NCBI GenBank assembly: GCA_037447605.1
Contig: CM074807.1
Span: 1,674,001-1,738,000, forward strand
Reading direction: 5' to 3'
From: Zygnema circumcarinatum SAG 698-1b
Lineage: Eukaryota; Plantae; Zygnematophyceae
Length of the DNA stretch: 64,000 nt
This document shows positions 12,101 to 24,100 of the stretch, in pieces; the first letter of the stretch is position 1; each line of letters begins with the position of its first letter. The position numbers and the translations under genes are program-made. The notes beneath the pieces are model-generated. The model saw only the letters and a list, made by a program, of their open reading frames with translations, did not search any database and was not told the origin of the DNA.

Positions 12101-15100
12101 AATCCATACATCAGTTCTTCACATACGAAGGTAGCTGCCAGAGCATCCACCTCCTCTCCTCTCTCTCCCTCGTCCACTCGCTGCTCCCTTCTCGGCTGAC
12201 CTCTACTTGTGCTTCAAGAGCGGGAGAGGATGTTGCTGCATCTGCCGAAGTAGCACGGAAAAAGCCAATGCTGCCAGCGGCCTCGCATTTCTACCATCAT
12301 TCATCCATACATCAGATCTTCATATAGCGCTTCAAGAGCCGCAAGAGCATCCTTTTTTTCTCCTTCCTCTCCCTCTCCCTCTCGCTCTCCCTAGCCCTCT
12401 CCCTCACCTTTTCACGACCGACCTCACTTCCTGCTTCAACAGCGAGAGAGGGTGCTGCTGCTGCTGTCGAAGTAGCATCGCAGAAGCCATGCCTCTCAGA
12501 GCTTTTCCATCGCTCTCAATTTTAGGTTTCCCAAACTCTTATAATTTTTCATTCTAAACTTTTACATGTTTACATCTCCCCCATATCTAAAGCGTATTAT
12601 GGTTTATAGGTTCGCTCTCGGCGCTGCTGCGAGATGACAGCTCTCCCTCCTTCCCCCTCTTCAGATATCGCCTCTCCGCTCGATGCCAGCTCTCCATCAG
12701 CTCCTTCTGCAAATTTAGGGTTCGTAGGGTCATCAGAGCTTTAAGGGTTTCCCCAGCTGGAATTCAGAACTGCGATGAGGATCTGAAGGGAGTCCTGAAG
12801 CGAGTACATTCGCAAAACGTTATAAATTTAACGGCAGAAGGAGGCTCCCTGCCTGCTGTTCCGCAGAAAGCAGTCCACGATATAGACGACGAGCTGCACG
12901 TGCAGGATAAAATTGCATGGAAAATTGGGGTTGAATTTGTTTAAAATCAATTACATATATTCTCCTACCCGCATCTCGTTTTGCAGGAGAAGTGTGCGCT
13001 AACACAATCATCGTTCGTTATGGCAGTGATATACTATTGTTTAGTTGTGCTGTTGTGCGTCAAACCGTATGCTGAAGCCACTGCTACGAAAAGAATTCAA
13101 GAAAGGTTATAGCTGGGAACGTCTCGGCCTAAATATTCCTATGAATAGGATGTGCGTGATTGTATGATTCTAACTCTTCCCAAAAGATTGCCGATTACAT
13201 ACATAGGCTGAATGATTAACCGATATATGAAGTTCGTTCGTTTCCACCTCTCTTTGTGCATAAATCCACATTGCAGAAAATTTGGCTCTGCAAAAGCCTG
13301 CCTTGCAGTCCAGCGGTACAACTGACCCGGCTTGGCGAGCGGTGGACGGCTCTGATGGCGGCGGCATCTATTCTTCGGGCACATGCGCAAGCACGAGCCC
13401 AGCCCCCTCCAACTGGTGGAGGGTGGACCTGGGCGCGAGCGCACGAGTGGACTCGGTCGAGCTGTGGGGCCGCACCGACTGCTGCGCAGACCGCATGAAC
13501 GGAGCGGCCGTGTGGATCGGCAACAGCGGGTCCACATGGAACGCCGACAGCAACGAGGAGTGCGACCCCGGGACCGTCTTCCTCTACTCGAACGCGAGCA
13601 GCGGCTTCCCCTTCGTCAAGAGCTGCGCCCTCTCCTTCGGACGATTCCTCTGGGTGGTCATCGCCAACGGCCAGCCGCTCACTTTGTGCGAGGTGAAGGC
13701 TTTTGGAGCGATTTCAGGAGCGCTGGGAGGTACGCCCTCTGGAATACCGCCTGCTCCTTCACAGCTTTTTTTTTTTTTAATTCCTCGAACAAAACAAAGG
13801 GGGTGAAGAGGAGGAGCTGCACCCATGCCTGCGGAGCGGCGGATAGCCCTAAACCCTAAACCGTACACCATACACCGTATACCCTACACCTTAAACCCTA
13901 CAGCTGCCCCCCCTTCCCCTCCCCCCCTCCAAACCCTAAAACCTTAAACCCTAAACCGTAAGCCTACACCCTACACGCTACTGAACCCTACACTCGTCCG
14001 CCGGCCCCGCCAGCGAGCGCAGCCGCCGCGTGCGGTCACGCGGCTCGCGCCCGTGCACGCCCGCGCAGACCGCAACCCTAATTCTGCGTTCCCCCGCTCA
14101 GTCGCGGAACCCCGACGCCTACTCCCTACAAAAGTCATTTGAAATTAGAACTACTGCAATATTGTATGCATGTCATACAGGCGCTTCTGCAGGTCAAGTG
14201 ACTGTAGACTTCGTCTGGCAACGAAGTTTAGTATCTTGAAACATAGTGCATCGTGAGCGTGCATCTTTTTTTCGCTCAGATGTATAACACAGACGGTGTT
14301 TTTCTTGCCTTAGATTTATCCATGAGGGTCCGATTATTACAATGACTTGCCAATTCTCACCGATCATCAGCAAGACTGTCGCTGGATGGCTCCTTCGTTT
14401 CCTAAGAAAGGAGGTATTTTGTTTTTGGCAAGTTCTAGAACCAATGTTCAATGTTTCACTGCAAACTCGGCCCAAACGCGTTTGACGTAGATGTTGGACT
14501 CATGCTCCATTCCACATTCAATGTACCTCCTTGGCTTAGATACAAGGGAGGTTCAACAGAGATAGCAAATGCCTCGTTTTTTCCTCCCCTTCTCTCCCTT
14601 CTCTTCGTCACTATCTCTCGCTTTGGCCGAAGGCAAACGGGCAAGGGACCGTGACAGACCACACACTCACGGATCGGGGACGTGCTGCCTTGACATTGTG
14701 GTTGCTTTCTCGGAGAGAGTCCCTAGCTTTGACGGGCCTAGCGATACGTTTAAATTTCGCACTGTAGTCGCATGGTTAACCCAAGATTCTGATTTGCGTA
14801 TGTGCGCCCGCTCCTTCACTATGTTCGGCTGTGCAGGAGCATGTGTTGGAGGCCTAGCAGAGGCGTACGACTATGTCTCAAATACGTTTGCTAATTTAAA
14901 TGATATTGGCAGCGCTTTAGTTTCTTCTGCGGGAGAATGCAAGCAGCTTTGCACAGGCTTCTGCCAATGTGTCGGTTTTTCTATAACCCAAGGAAACGGT
15001 TACGGAGACGGAAGCCAATTCCAATGCTGGCTCAAATATGCAACAGTCCCTCTCATGAATAGTAGCTCTGCTCACACCTACATACGCAGAAGTAAGCCAC

Positions 15101-18100
15101 TGTACCCTGGTTTGAATCCTTGGTTCTGTTCAAGTCAATAGTGTCTGAAATGGTTGAGTATTCTGACACGTCTGAGCTGTGCCTTCACCAATAGAATCGT
15201 AACAAATGTCTTTGCTCGACTTTGACTGTATAGGAAAGAGTTAGGGCTCATGTTTTACATGTATCGAGTGTCCAACTCAGGGCCATATACGATTCAATTT
15301 TGGTTATTCTTGTGAGAGTATGCTGACCCATGTCAGAACTTGGCAAATTTTATGATCTGGTTTGTTTGCTTCAACGCTCGCAGAGTTCTCTCCGCCTCCT
15401 CGAAGGTCGCCTCCATCTCCCCCTCCATCTCCCCCTCCATCTCCCCCTCCATCTCCCCCTCCATCTCCCCCTCCATCTCCCCCTCCATCTCCCCCTCCAT
15501 CTCCCCCTCCATCTCCCCCTCCATCTCCCCCTCCATCTCCGCCTCCTCCGCGATCACCGCCACCTCGGCCTCCTCCGAGGCCGCCCCCGCCGCCACTCTC
15601 TCCGGAGGGTAAGAAAGGTACATATGCTGTTGCTTTGCTCGGTTCTTATCTTTTTTCCCCTAAAGAACCTAAGATTCTCGACGGGATGCCTAGAGACTTG
15701 AACGGTATTTTAACCCGACGAGAATATGCGGCGATGTCGTCCTCGTTACTTCAAACCCTAAGCTGGGCCGTCCAGCCATGTAGGAAATGTGTCATGTTTT
15801 GGACAGCGGGAGCTGTCTCAGCCTCCAGTTGCCTATTGGGCTTACTGTGTGACTTAAAACTAATATAAGACTTCTCCATGGCTGTCGTCTGAATATTGAT
15901 ACAGTTGTTGCTCTCTTGGAGTTCAAGCGGGCGATCGCAAACGATGTTCTTAGAAACTGGAAGGCAGCAACCCCTGTATGCAGCTGGGACGGTATAGTAT
16001 GCACCACAACATTGCCGACAAGAGTCAACAATCTGTGAGAATCCTTCCCTTTCACCTCTTCATTCTGTTGAAGTGAGCTCGAGTATGGAGAAATTGATTA
16101 TTGTGGCTCTTGAAGTTCAAGAAAAACAGATGTACAAAACGTTAATTTCCTGCACTTCGATGCAACTAACGTTAAGCCACAAAAGCAAAATATTGACTCA
16201 GAATCATTCACATTTTGACCTCTGCTGTAAAAATAGTGGTTTCCTATCTGAAATGGGAAATCCTTTTTAGATTTAAGAGTCTCGTAGTAAATGAATCTGT
16301 GTGGAGTGTTGAGATTAAGGAATTCGGGTTCAGAGCTTGAGAGACGAAACGAAGGTAAGGCTTAGGGATCGGTATTTGAGAGGGAGAATGAACAGATCAG
16401 GCTTCCAAGGCTACAGTTAGGGTTCAGGGTTGGCGGCCTTTCATCTATGAGAGAGCTTCAGGGGTCCCAAGGGCGGGACGACCTCCATGGGGAGGTCTTC
16501 AGGGCTTGAGGGTGAAGCTCTGTGAGAGAGAGTCTTCAAGGACACAAGAGGGGAGGGCCTGTGAAAGGGGCAAAAGGGTGAAGCCAAGGGGCTTCGGGTA
16601 GGTTGCCGTTCACAAATGAGGAGGATCAGCGAGCAAAAGGGTGAACAAATGAAGCGTGGAGGCTTCGGGAGTAATCGCATAGGGACACAAAATGGGGTGA
16701 TATTGGTGCTTCAGAAGTGCGGCCATGTAGGCCATGAGGGAAAGCCGTGGGGGCGCTTAAAGGTGCTGTCACGAGGGCTCAAGGAAGAAGTCAAGAGGAT
16801 TCAAGGGAGATGGCAAGGGGGCTTGATGATACAGAAGAGTGACATTGTGAGAATGGCCGGGAGTGACATTTTGCGAAAGATTAAGAGTGACGTTGTGAAG
16901 AGGGGTCAGAGAGTGTTACAGACGAGAGAGAGAGAGAGACAGAGAGTGAAAGACAGAGAGGTGAGAGTCAAGGAGAGAGTGGTGTAGTGACAAGGCTTTC
17001 GGATCATAGGGCTGAAGCTGTGGGGAACCTAAGACGAGCGAAAAGTGGGAGATTTGGAAGTTAGAGGCTTGCTGTCTATGATTGTACGGTTTGAGCTTTG
17101 AGAATTAAAGCGAAGAAAATAGGTGGGACATAAGGTGCAATGGGAAAAACCAAAAAGGAACACAGAAATACAACTGAAGACTTACGTCTGACGAAGTATG
17201 CCACTTATTATGTCCGACATGAAAAAAATCTCGTTGAGAGGATTAGAATTTTCCAAGGCGGCCAACTGAAGTGAGTGTGTCGGTTTTGACAGCTTATTGA
17301 GTGGAGGTCCGCTGAGCAGTCAGTTGATCGCCACGATTTCACCCTCTATCGGCATCCTTACAGCTTTGGTGGAACTGTGAGCATTCCTTCCTCTTTTTTG
17401 AAATGCCAAAGTTTGACCTATGGCCAACGTTGGCATTTTTTCACATGAATGCTTTCGTGCATGATTGCGAAATCTGTATTTGGCAAACTCCTTATACCTG
17501 GGTGCACGCCGCTCACTCATAACTATATTTGTTGTGGACTTATCATCGAACAAGCCACACGAACTTCCTCAAGAAAGGCAAGAGCATGTATTGTGAGGTC
17601 GGTGGGTTCGCACTTGCTACGGGGTGTAGCCCGTGAAATTGCAAATTTAAACGTTATCTGTAGGGTTTGATCAGCTCGTTGGGATTCTGTAACCTTTCCC
17701 ACGAAATTTTGTTCCCAGGAAGATCGAGGTGAACGTGCATGCCTGCATTCGCGGTCGCACCTCCCAACGATGTGCACAGAGGCCATATTGCAACATGATT
17801 TTATTTTCGTTATTCCAAAAGATAAAACCGCCGTGCTTTGATTAAGTCTAAAAGTGATAAATGTTTGAGTGAACATTGACATGTTCGATGGAGCCAGGAC
17901 TGTGCCTCCATGGGTTGCATGCAAAAATCGGCTATACAAATTTTCGATACAACTAGATCTGGGTTGGGTAATTTAAAATACTCCAGAGAAGTAGTCAAAT
18001 TTCGAATGCGTGACCTGAATCTGTAATATGAAAAAGTATTTTCTTTCAAGTGTTTTTGCCTTACTTGTACCTTCTGGCTGTGCAACTGCCATTATCGACT

Positions 18101-21100
18101 GCTCAGATGCGCTTTGTAGCAACGTTGCAGGGATTTGTCGAACAACAAGCTCAGCGGAGTCATCCCCGACACGCTCGGCCAACTTCAGAATTTGAAAAAA
18201 TTGTAATACCCAATTTACATCATTCATCATTATTTATTTATTTGTATTTTTTTTGTAATATCCAATTTTCATCATTCTTTTGGGAATGGTTAAAATGTGG
18301 TAACTCGCCTGCTACAATCAAGAAGTATGAAAGAATGGCTTCTTTCTTTGAAGAAATGGACGCCTATTCTGCCATTGGCTATTTCGTTTCATTTCCCAAA
18401 ATCGGTCGGTTTCATCGTATCTTGCTTCGACAGGAATTTTGTCTATACGATTTACTTGCTTACTATGGGTGGCTTTCACTATGGCAGGTCTTTGTCAAAT
18501 AATCTGTTGACGGGCGCTATCCCCTCTTCCTTCAGCAACTTGACCTCTCTTACAGAGATGTAAGAATTTGCCGAGATTACGAGTGTTTGCATTTCTGATG
18601 TGGGCGCTAAGAAAAGCAAGGCTGCTTGACCGAACGGAATTTCAATCCTGCGGAGATGTTGTGAGTCGAAGAGTGAATCTGAACCATGTCCACTGAAACA
18701 AATCGGATTGACCTTGACTACTTTCTCGGCTACTTTCTTGCAGATCACTGTCACTAAATCAGCTTACTGGGAGGATTCCCTCCTTCTTCGGAAACCTTCA
18801 GGCCCTTTTGAGCCTGTGAGTGTCATTCTGGTCCTTACTATTTTACTTTGCTGTTTCAGAAACCACTATTAGTTTCTGACATCATGCAATAAGACATAGT
18901 GCAACAACTAACTAGATGTAAATTACCATAAGGCAAGTGCTCGCAATTGAAAACGACCAAGCAAACTCGTCCATCGGTCCTATATCGGAATGAACGGAGA
19001 ACTGGCGACTCTAATGAGAGAGGCTTCAGAATGAGAGGCACGGGAAGGTTTTAAAATCAATCAGCGTTTTGTGCATGGTAGTTCAAACTTGTTTTCGAAA
19101 ACGTAGGAGTTGATGAATGAAGCTTTTCTTCAAAATTTCTTAAACATATGGGGAACACCACATTGGAAAACGCAGGTGACTGATAATTAGTATTTTTTAT
19201 TGAGGGAAATTGGACATGGCGCATGCTGGGCTCACAGAAACCTTGGAAGCAATCAACTGAGCGGCCCAATTCCTGCTTCGATCGGTGCACTCAGAGCCCT
19301 CCAAGAGCTGTGAGTTAGTCTGCTTCAAGCCTTATCAATCACTATCGCAGAAATCGTAATTTCTGCCAAGAAAGGGATTCTGCGCATCTATATGACAATG
19401 AGCTCATCTCGAATACTCGCCACTTTGCATGTCTTGGTGATGTCAATGCCCAAAGTTTCGATCCGATTTACAATGGCCAAAGATGTACCCTTATTTTTAT
19501 GTTGCTTCGTCTCCGTGGCGGACGTGACAGGCGTTTATTAAACAATCAATTGACTGGAAACATTCCAACAAGTTTTGGAGGACTCCTATCCATTCGGACT
19601 TTGTGAGCAAACCGAACAATGACTTCGTTGATCTGAATAGATGAAAGGAAGCTCATGATGACGAGCTTACAATGAAATTGTAGAAAGTAGGACTATTGCA
19701 CTTGGCGTCTTTTTTTCAGCATTCACTGGAGTCCTCTCACCGTCGCAAAACAACACACTAGAATTGGAGACAAATAACTTTAGAAAGTCGGTAAACTGTT
19801 GGGATGTGAAGCAACTGTTGAAGTGAATTTTCTTGCAGATCTTTATCAAACAACTCGCTCATCGGCCCAATCGTGTTTGACTTCGGATTACTCGTAAACG
19901 TGGCCTTGAGCTTCGACAACAATTACTTTTCGGGTGAACTTTCGATTACTGTGAATGGCGAGCCACGGAACTGCGCTGGAATTGACGTAAACTGTTTTTC
20001 TGGTTTAGATTCAGACTGCAGCGAGCAAAGAGATGACAATTCCTGCAAGAACTTCTGTAATGCAAAACAGCCGCAGGGCGCGTGTGGTGGTAACGGGTTC
20101 TGCTCTTACAATGAGAGTCAGCCCTTTTGTACTTGTAATGTTGGGTACAACAGCAGTACAGATAAGAGCACTTGTGTTTTTGGTGAGTTCTCGACTCTGC
20201 TTTCCTATTCTGATTGGTTTCGGTGTGGAATATATTCTGGTTCAGAGTCTTCTCGCATGTCACCCAGTCAAGGGTAAACGTTTTGAGGACATTTCCAAAA
20301 TGATCATCCAAGATGTCACTGCTTCAAAAACGATATGCGATGCATGTTTATTCTACAGTTTTAAGTCCCTAGATTACGCATGTTATACAGCAGAAATCCT
20401 CTTCATAATTTTGCATTGCTCCTGTCGACCTGTAGTGGCCCGAGGGCTCGGCTTAAACGCAACCCTCCCCATCACACCGTCTCCAAAATCGAACCGCTAT
20501 TTCCGATATGCGACGACGGGATATTTGCGGCAGCGGAGCGGCAAGGCTTCGTGGCTCGTGGCCACCGCGTGGAATTGGACGGATGAAGGAGCGGTGCAGG
20601 GGGTCAAGGATCAAGGGACCTGCAGTCAGTGCTTACCTCCTGCTTCTGCGTTTGAAAGTCCTAAGGCATTATTATGGCTGTGTTGTCCTTCTCGTCACAT
20701 GGTCAAGGATTACTTCTACATTGCATTCGCTTTCGTCTTCAACAAGCTCAAGCTTGGCACTGTAGAGACATAGAGCCATACTGTCTTTTGCCGTTTGAGA
20801 CATTGTAGAGCAGCATGCTGACATTAGGACATACAGAACTCATATGCATGTCAGAGGCTGATTCAGATGCTGCTTTCTTGCAGACGCTTGTTGGGTATTT
20901 TCTGCGATATCTGCGATTGAAAGTGCAATTTTCATCGTGAACGGAGGGAAAGTTCCAATCCCCCAACTGGCAGAACAGCAGGTCCTGACCTGCTCCCCCG
21001 GCGGCAAGACCTGCTTGTCGGGGGGATGGCCCCAAGAGACGCTCGACTATGCGGCCAACAATGGACTCACTTTGGCGGCGAACTTCACGGGACAAGCGAG

Positions 21101-24100
21101 CTGCGGAAAGGTAGAAACAAATGCGAAATCTGAGAAGGAATCATGGCATTTTAATTTGAGTTTTACGATCTAGCAAAAGGAGGTAGAAGAAAGAAAGAGA
21201 GACCTGCACAGGAACAAAGCAATTTTAGCTCGTTTTTTTGGTTTTCCAGTCTGCAAGAAGGAAACGAAGAGCACAGAGTCAGGATGCTTGAATCCCCTGA
21301 ATTTTCTCTCTCCTTCATGGCATCAGACATTTTTGCATAATCAGGAATCACTTCTTCATGGAGATGGATTTGATTTTTATAATGGGTAAGTAAGTTGCAG
21401 GGTGACAATAGGTTGAAAATTACATCGTTTGAGCAAGTGGCCTTCAACGGCTGGCTAGGCTTACTGCTCATTCTGCAGCAGCAACCGGCCATTGTGAATG
21501 TGGAAGCGAGCGGTGCCAACTTCATCAACTACAACGGAGTTAGTAATAACTTGGCTCCCTTGAACACTCGTCATTTCTTTATTTTTCAGTTCGATCCTCT
21601 ACCATTTGGGAAAAACGACCTTTCTGCTTCGATATTCTCAAGACGCTCATGTCATGACTCTGAAGTGTTGGCATCAGCGACATTGCTTACAGAACTTCAT
21701 TTCCCATATTCATTTGACAAAACACTCATGTTTAACAGCAAAATCCATTTCGTTGCAGGACGTATTTGACGATGAAGATTGCTTCTCCAACGGAGTGGAT
21801 CACAGCGTGGTGGTGGTCGGCTACGACTTGAGCGCGGATCCACCCTTTTGGATCATCCGCAACTCGTGGGGCCAAAACTGGGGCGAGCAGGGCTACATGC
21901 GGATCAAAATATCCGCCGGTTTGGGGATATGCGGGATCAACAGCCTTCCTGCTCTCATGCCGGTAGTGAAGTCTGCGGGTGAGAGGGGTTCAGCACTCGC
22001 TTCTTCATTGCCTTGAATGTTGGCGTTGTAGCGTCTTTATACGCGAGGAAACTAAGCAACCTCAAACCTCCGAACTTTATCTTGGAGGGCTAATTTTCGT
22101 CATTAGAAGTTTTGCGAACTGCCTTTGACGCTTGGATATAATCAAACAACATCTTGCATCATTCAACGAGGGGTGGATGTTTTGGAAGGAGATTAGCCAA
22201 CCTCCTAAAGATATTAAAAAAAAATAGCACAAAATCAGCCATGTCTAAGTTTACATGTTGAGGCATCTCTTGAGAACATGTCTAACTATGCACATGAGGT
22301 AATGTTACACGCCACATGCGGCTTTGATTGCGAGGTACAAGGCTAAGACTGTTCTTGTGGTTGTCCCATCAAATTCAATCAATCACCTAAACGACGTTTT
22401 TCACAGAGCTAACTGGTCAGTTTGTTGAGAGGATGGCGACATTTCTCGAAACTCAGCGAGAGAATGTGTGTACGCTTGATTTTTTGGACTTTGTCGACCA
22501 TTTCACCCTCTCAGTCTCAGCTTTTAGCAAGGAATAAGTATTGATCTTGTTCGTACTCTCGTGTCTGATGGGTGCAGATGATGATCCATGCTTTACAAGA
22601 AACTACGCCAGTACAGTTCTGACGGCCACAATTGGACCAGGTACAATGAACCCGTGCGGAAATGGTGTGTGTACTGTAAATGGTCCAACGAACCTATGCC
22701 GCTGCTCGAAGGGCTTCACGGCAGTGACCAACAGCGACAACTCGCAAACATGTGCACCACGTGGGTGACCAATTCCGTTATTGTGTCGATGTTCACGTCT
22801 GCGCATGTCTGTCATTGAATGAACTAACCTTCGAATTCCTTCTTCATCAAATGGTGTACCACTCCGTGCATCATTTCTGATCAACGCGTTTGCATGTAAC
22901 AACCCAGACCAATGACGTACAGTGTAATTGCTCTTCACCTCTGAGTTCCATTCACTTCAATGCAAGTCTAGTCTTCCAAAAGGCGCTGCTTCATTGCTGT
23001 TCCATGTCGTACGAGTCGACCCTAAAAATCCTAAAAACCCTAAAAACCCTAAAAACAAAACCTCCTCCTCCTCCTCCTCCTCCTCCTCCTCCCTCTCCTC
23101 TCCCTCTCCCTCTCCCTCTCCCTCTCCCTCTCCCGCGCAGTCTCCCCCTGCACCTTCGCCGCGCGCAACCCCTGCGGCGCGGGCACGTGTCTCAACGCGG
23201 CGGCGCCACCTGGCACGTACGCCTGCGCGTGCCCGCTCGGGTACGCCGCCGACTCGCCGGACGGCGCCCACACGTGCGTGCCAGGTCAGATCGTCTTGTC
23301 CTTTCTGAAACCGATGAAATGGTTCGTAAGAAAGGTCATGACTGCACGGTTCATTCTGCACCAATTATCAATTTCACATTGGAGGAGCGTTATAGCGATG
23401 CAATCGAACGCAACCTCTTCTTGAGTTGAAGAACATGGAAGATGAATAGTGGCGGGTCCAGAACTGGAGGTTAGGAGGGGGTTGACCAGTGAGTTGGGAA
23501 AACAAATCTGAAATTTGAGTGTATTTTTGCTATTCAAAGGCGATCAGTCGGTAACAGCTTTTCAAAATTTGAGTGTGGGTTAAGGGCCCCCCAGCACCCC
23601 CCCGGGGATCGGCCTCCGACCCAAAGTATGTATATAACAGTCTTACCTAAACAATCACACGAATGTCTTATCACTTTTTGCTACTCTTTTTCTCAATGAA
23701 ACTACGACTCGTTTCTGAGGGCTTACCAACCCATAGCTCTGATTGGTTTGTATGTCGACTTCAGCCGCAATAGCTACAGGATTGCAGTACATTACTGTGC
23801 CAGCCGGCGCCAACATGAGTTGCTACGACATATTTAACATGTATGGCATCAAGGGAGACGTTTTCGTAGCCCAAAATCAGGTCAGTAAGAGAGCGCACAT
23901 CTCTCACAAGAAACTTTCGTAGATCTCTCGCACTTGTCGCAAATTTACATCTAGGAAAGGCTACAAGCTGGTGTTTTTACAACCTCTGTTTCTTCCCCTA
24001 CTACGCTCTCTTTGTGCTCATGTTTGCTGTGTTCATGCCACAATCTCTTGTGCGCTTTGCAGAGGCTGAATTGCCTATTGCCCTTGCCGGGGGGTACAGT

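Noticed and set aside
15333-15701. Alternative frames of the 12-bp repeat (SPSI, LHLP, EGEM)
   Set aside because: Only the SPPP frame is compatible with the flanking phase-1 splice sites.
16340-17100. GA-rich intronic block that might be a retroelement relic
   Set aside because: No recognisable RT, endonuclease or transposase motif, termini or TSD.
17240-17270. Possible 30-nt mini-exon IRIFQGGQLK before the first LRR
   Set aside because: The following intron would be only ~20 nt, too short to splice.
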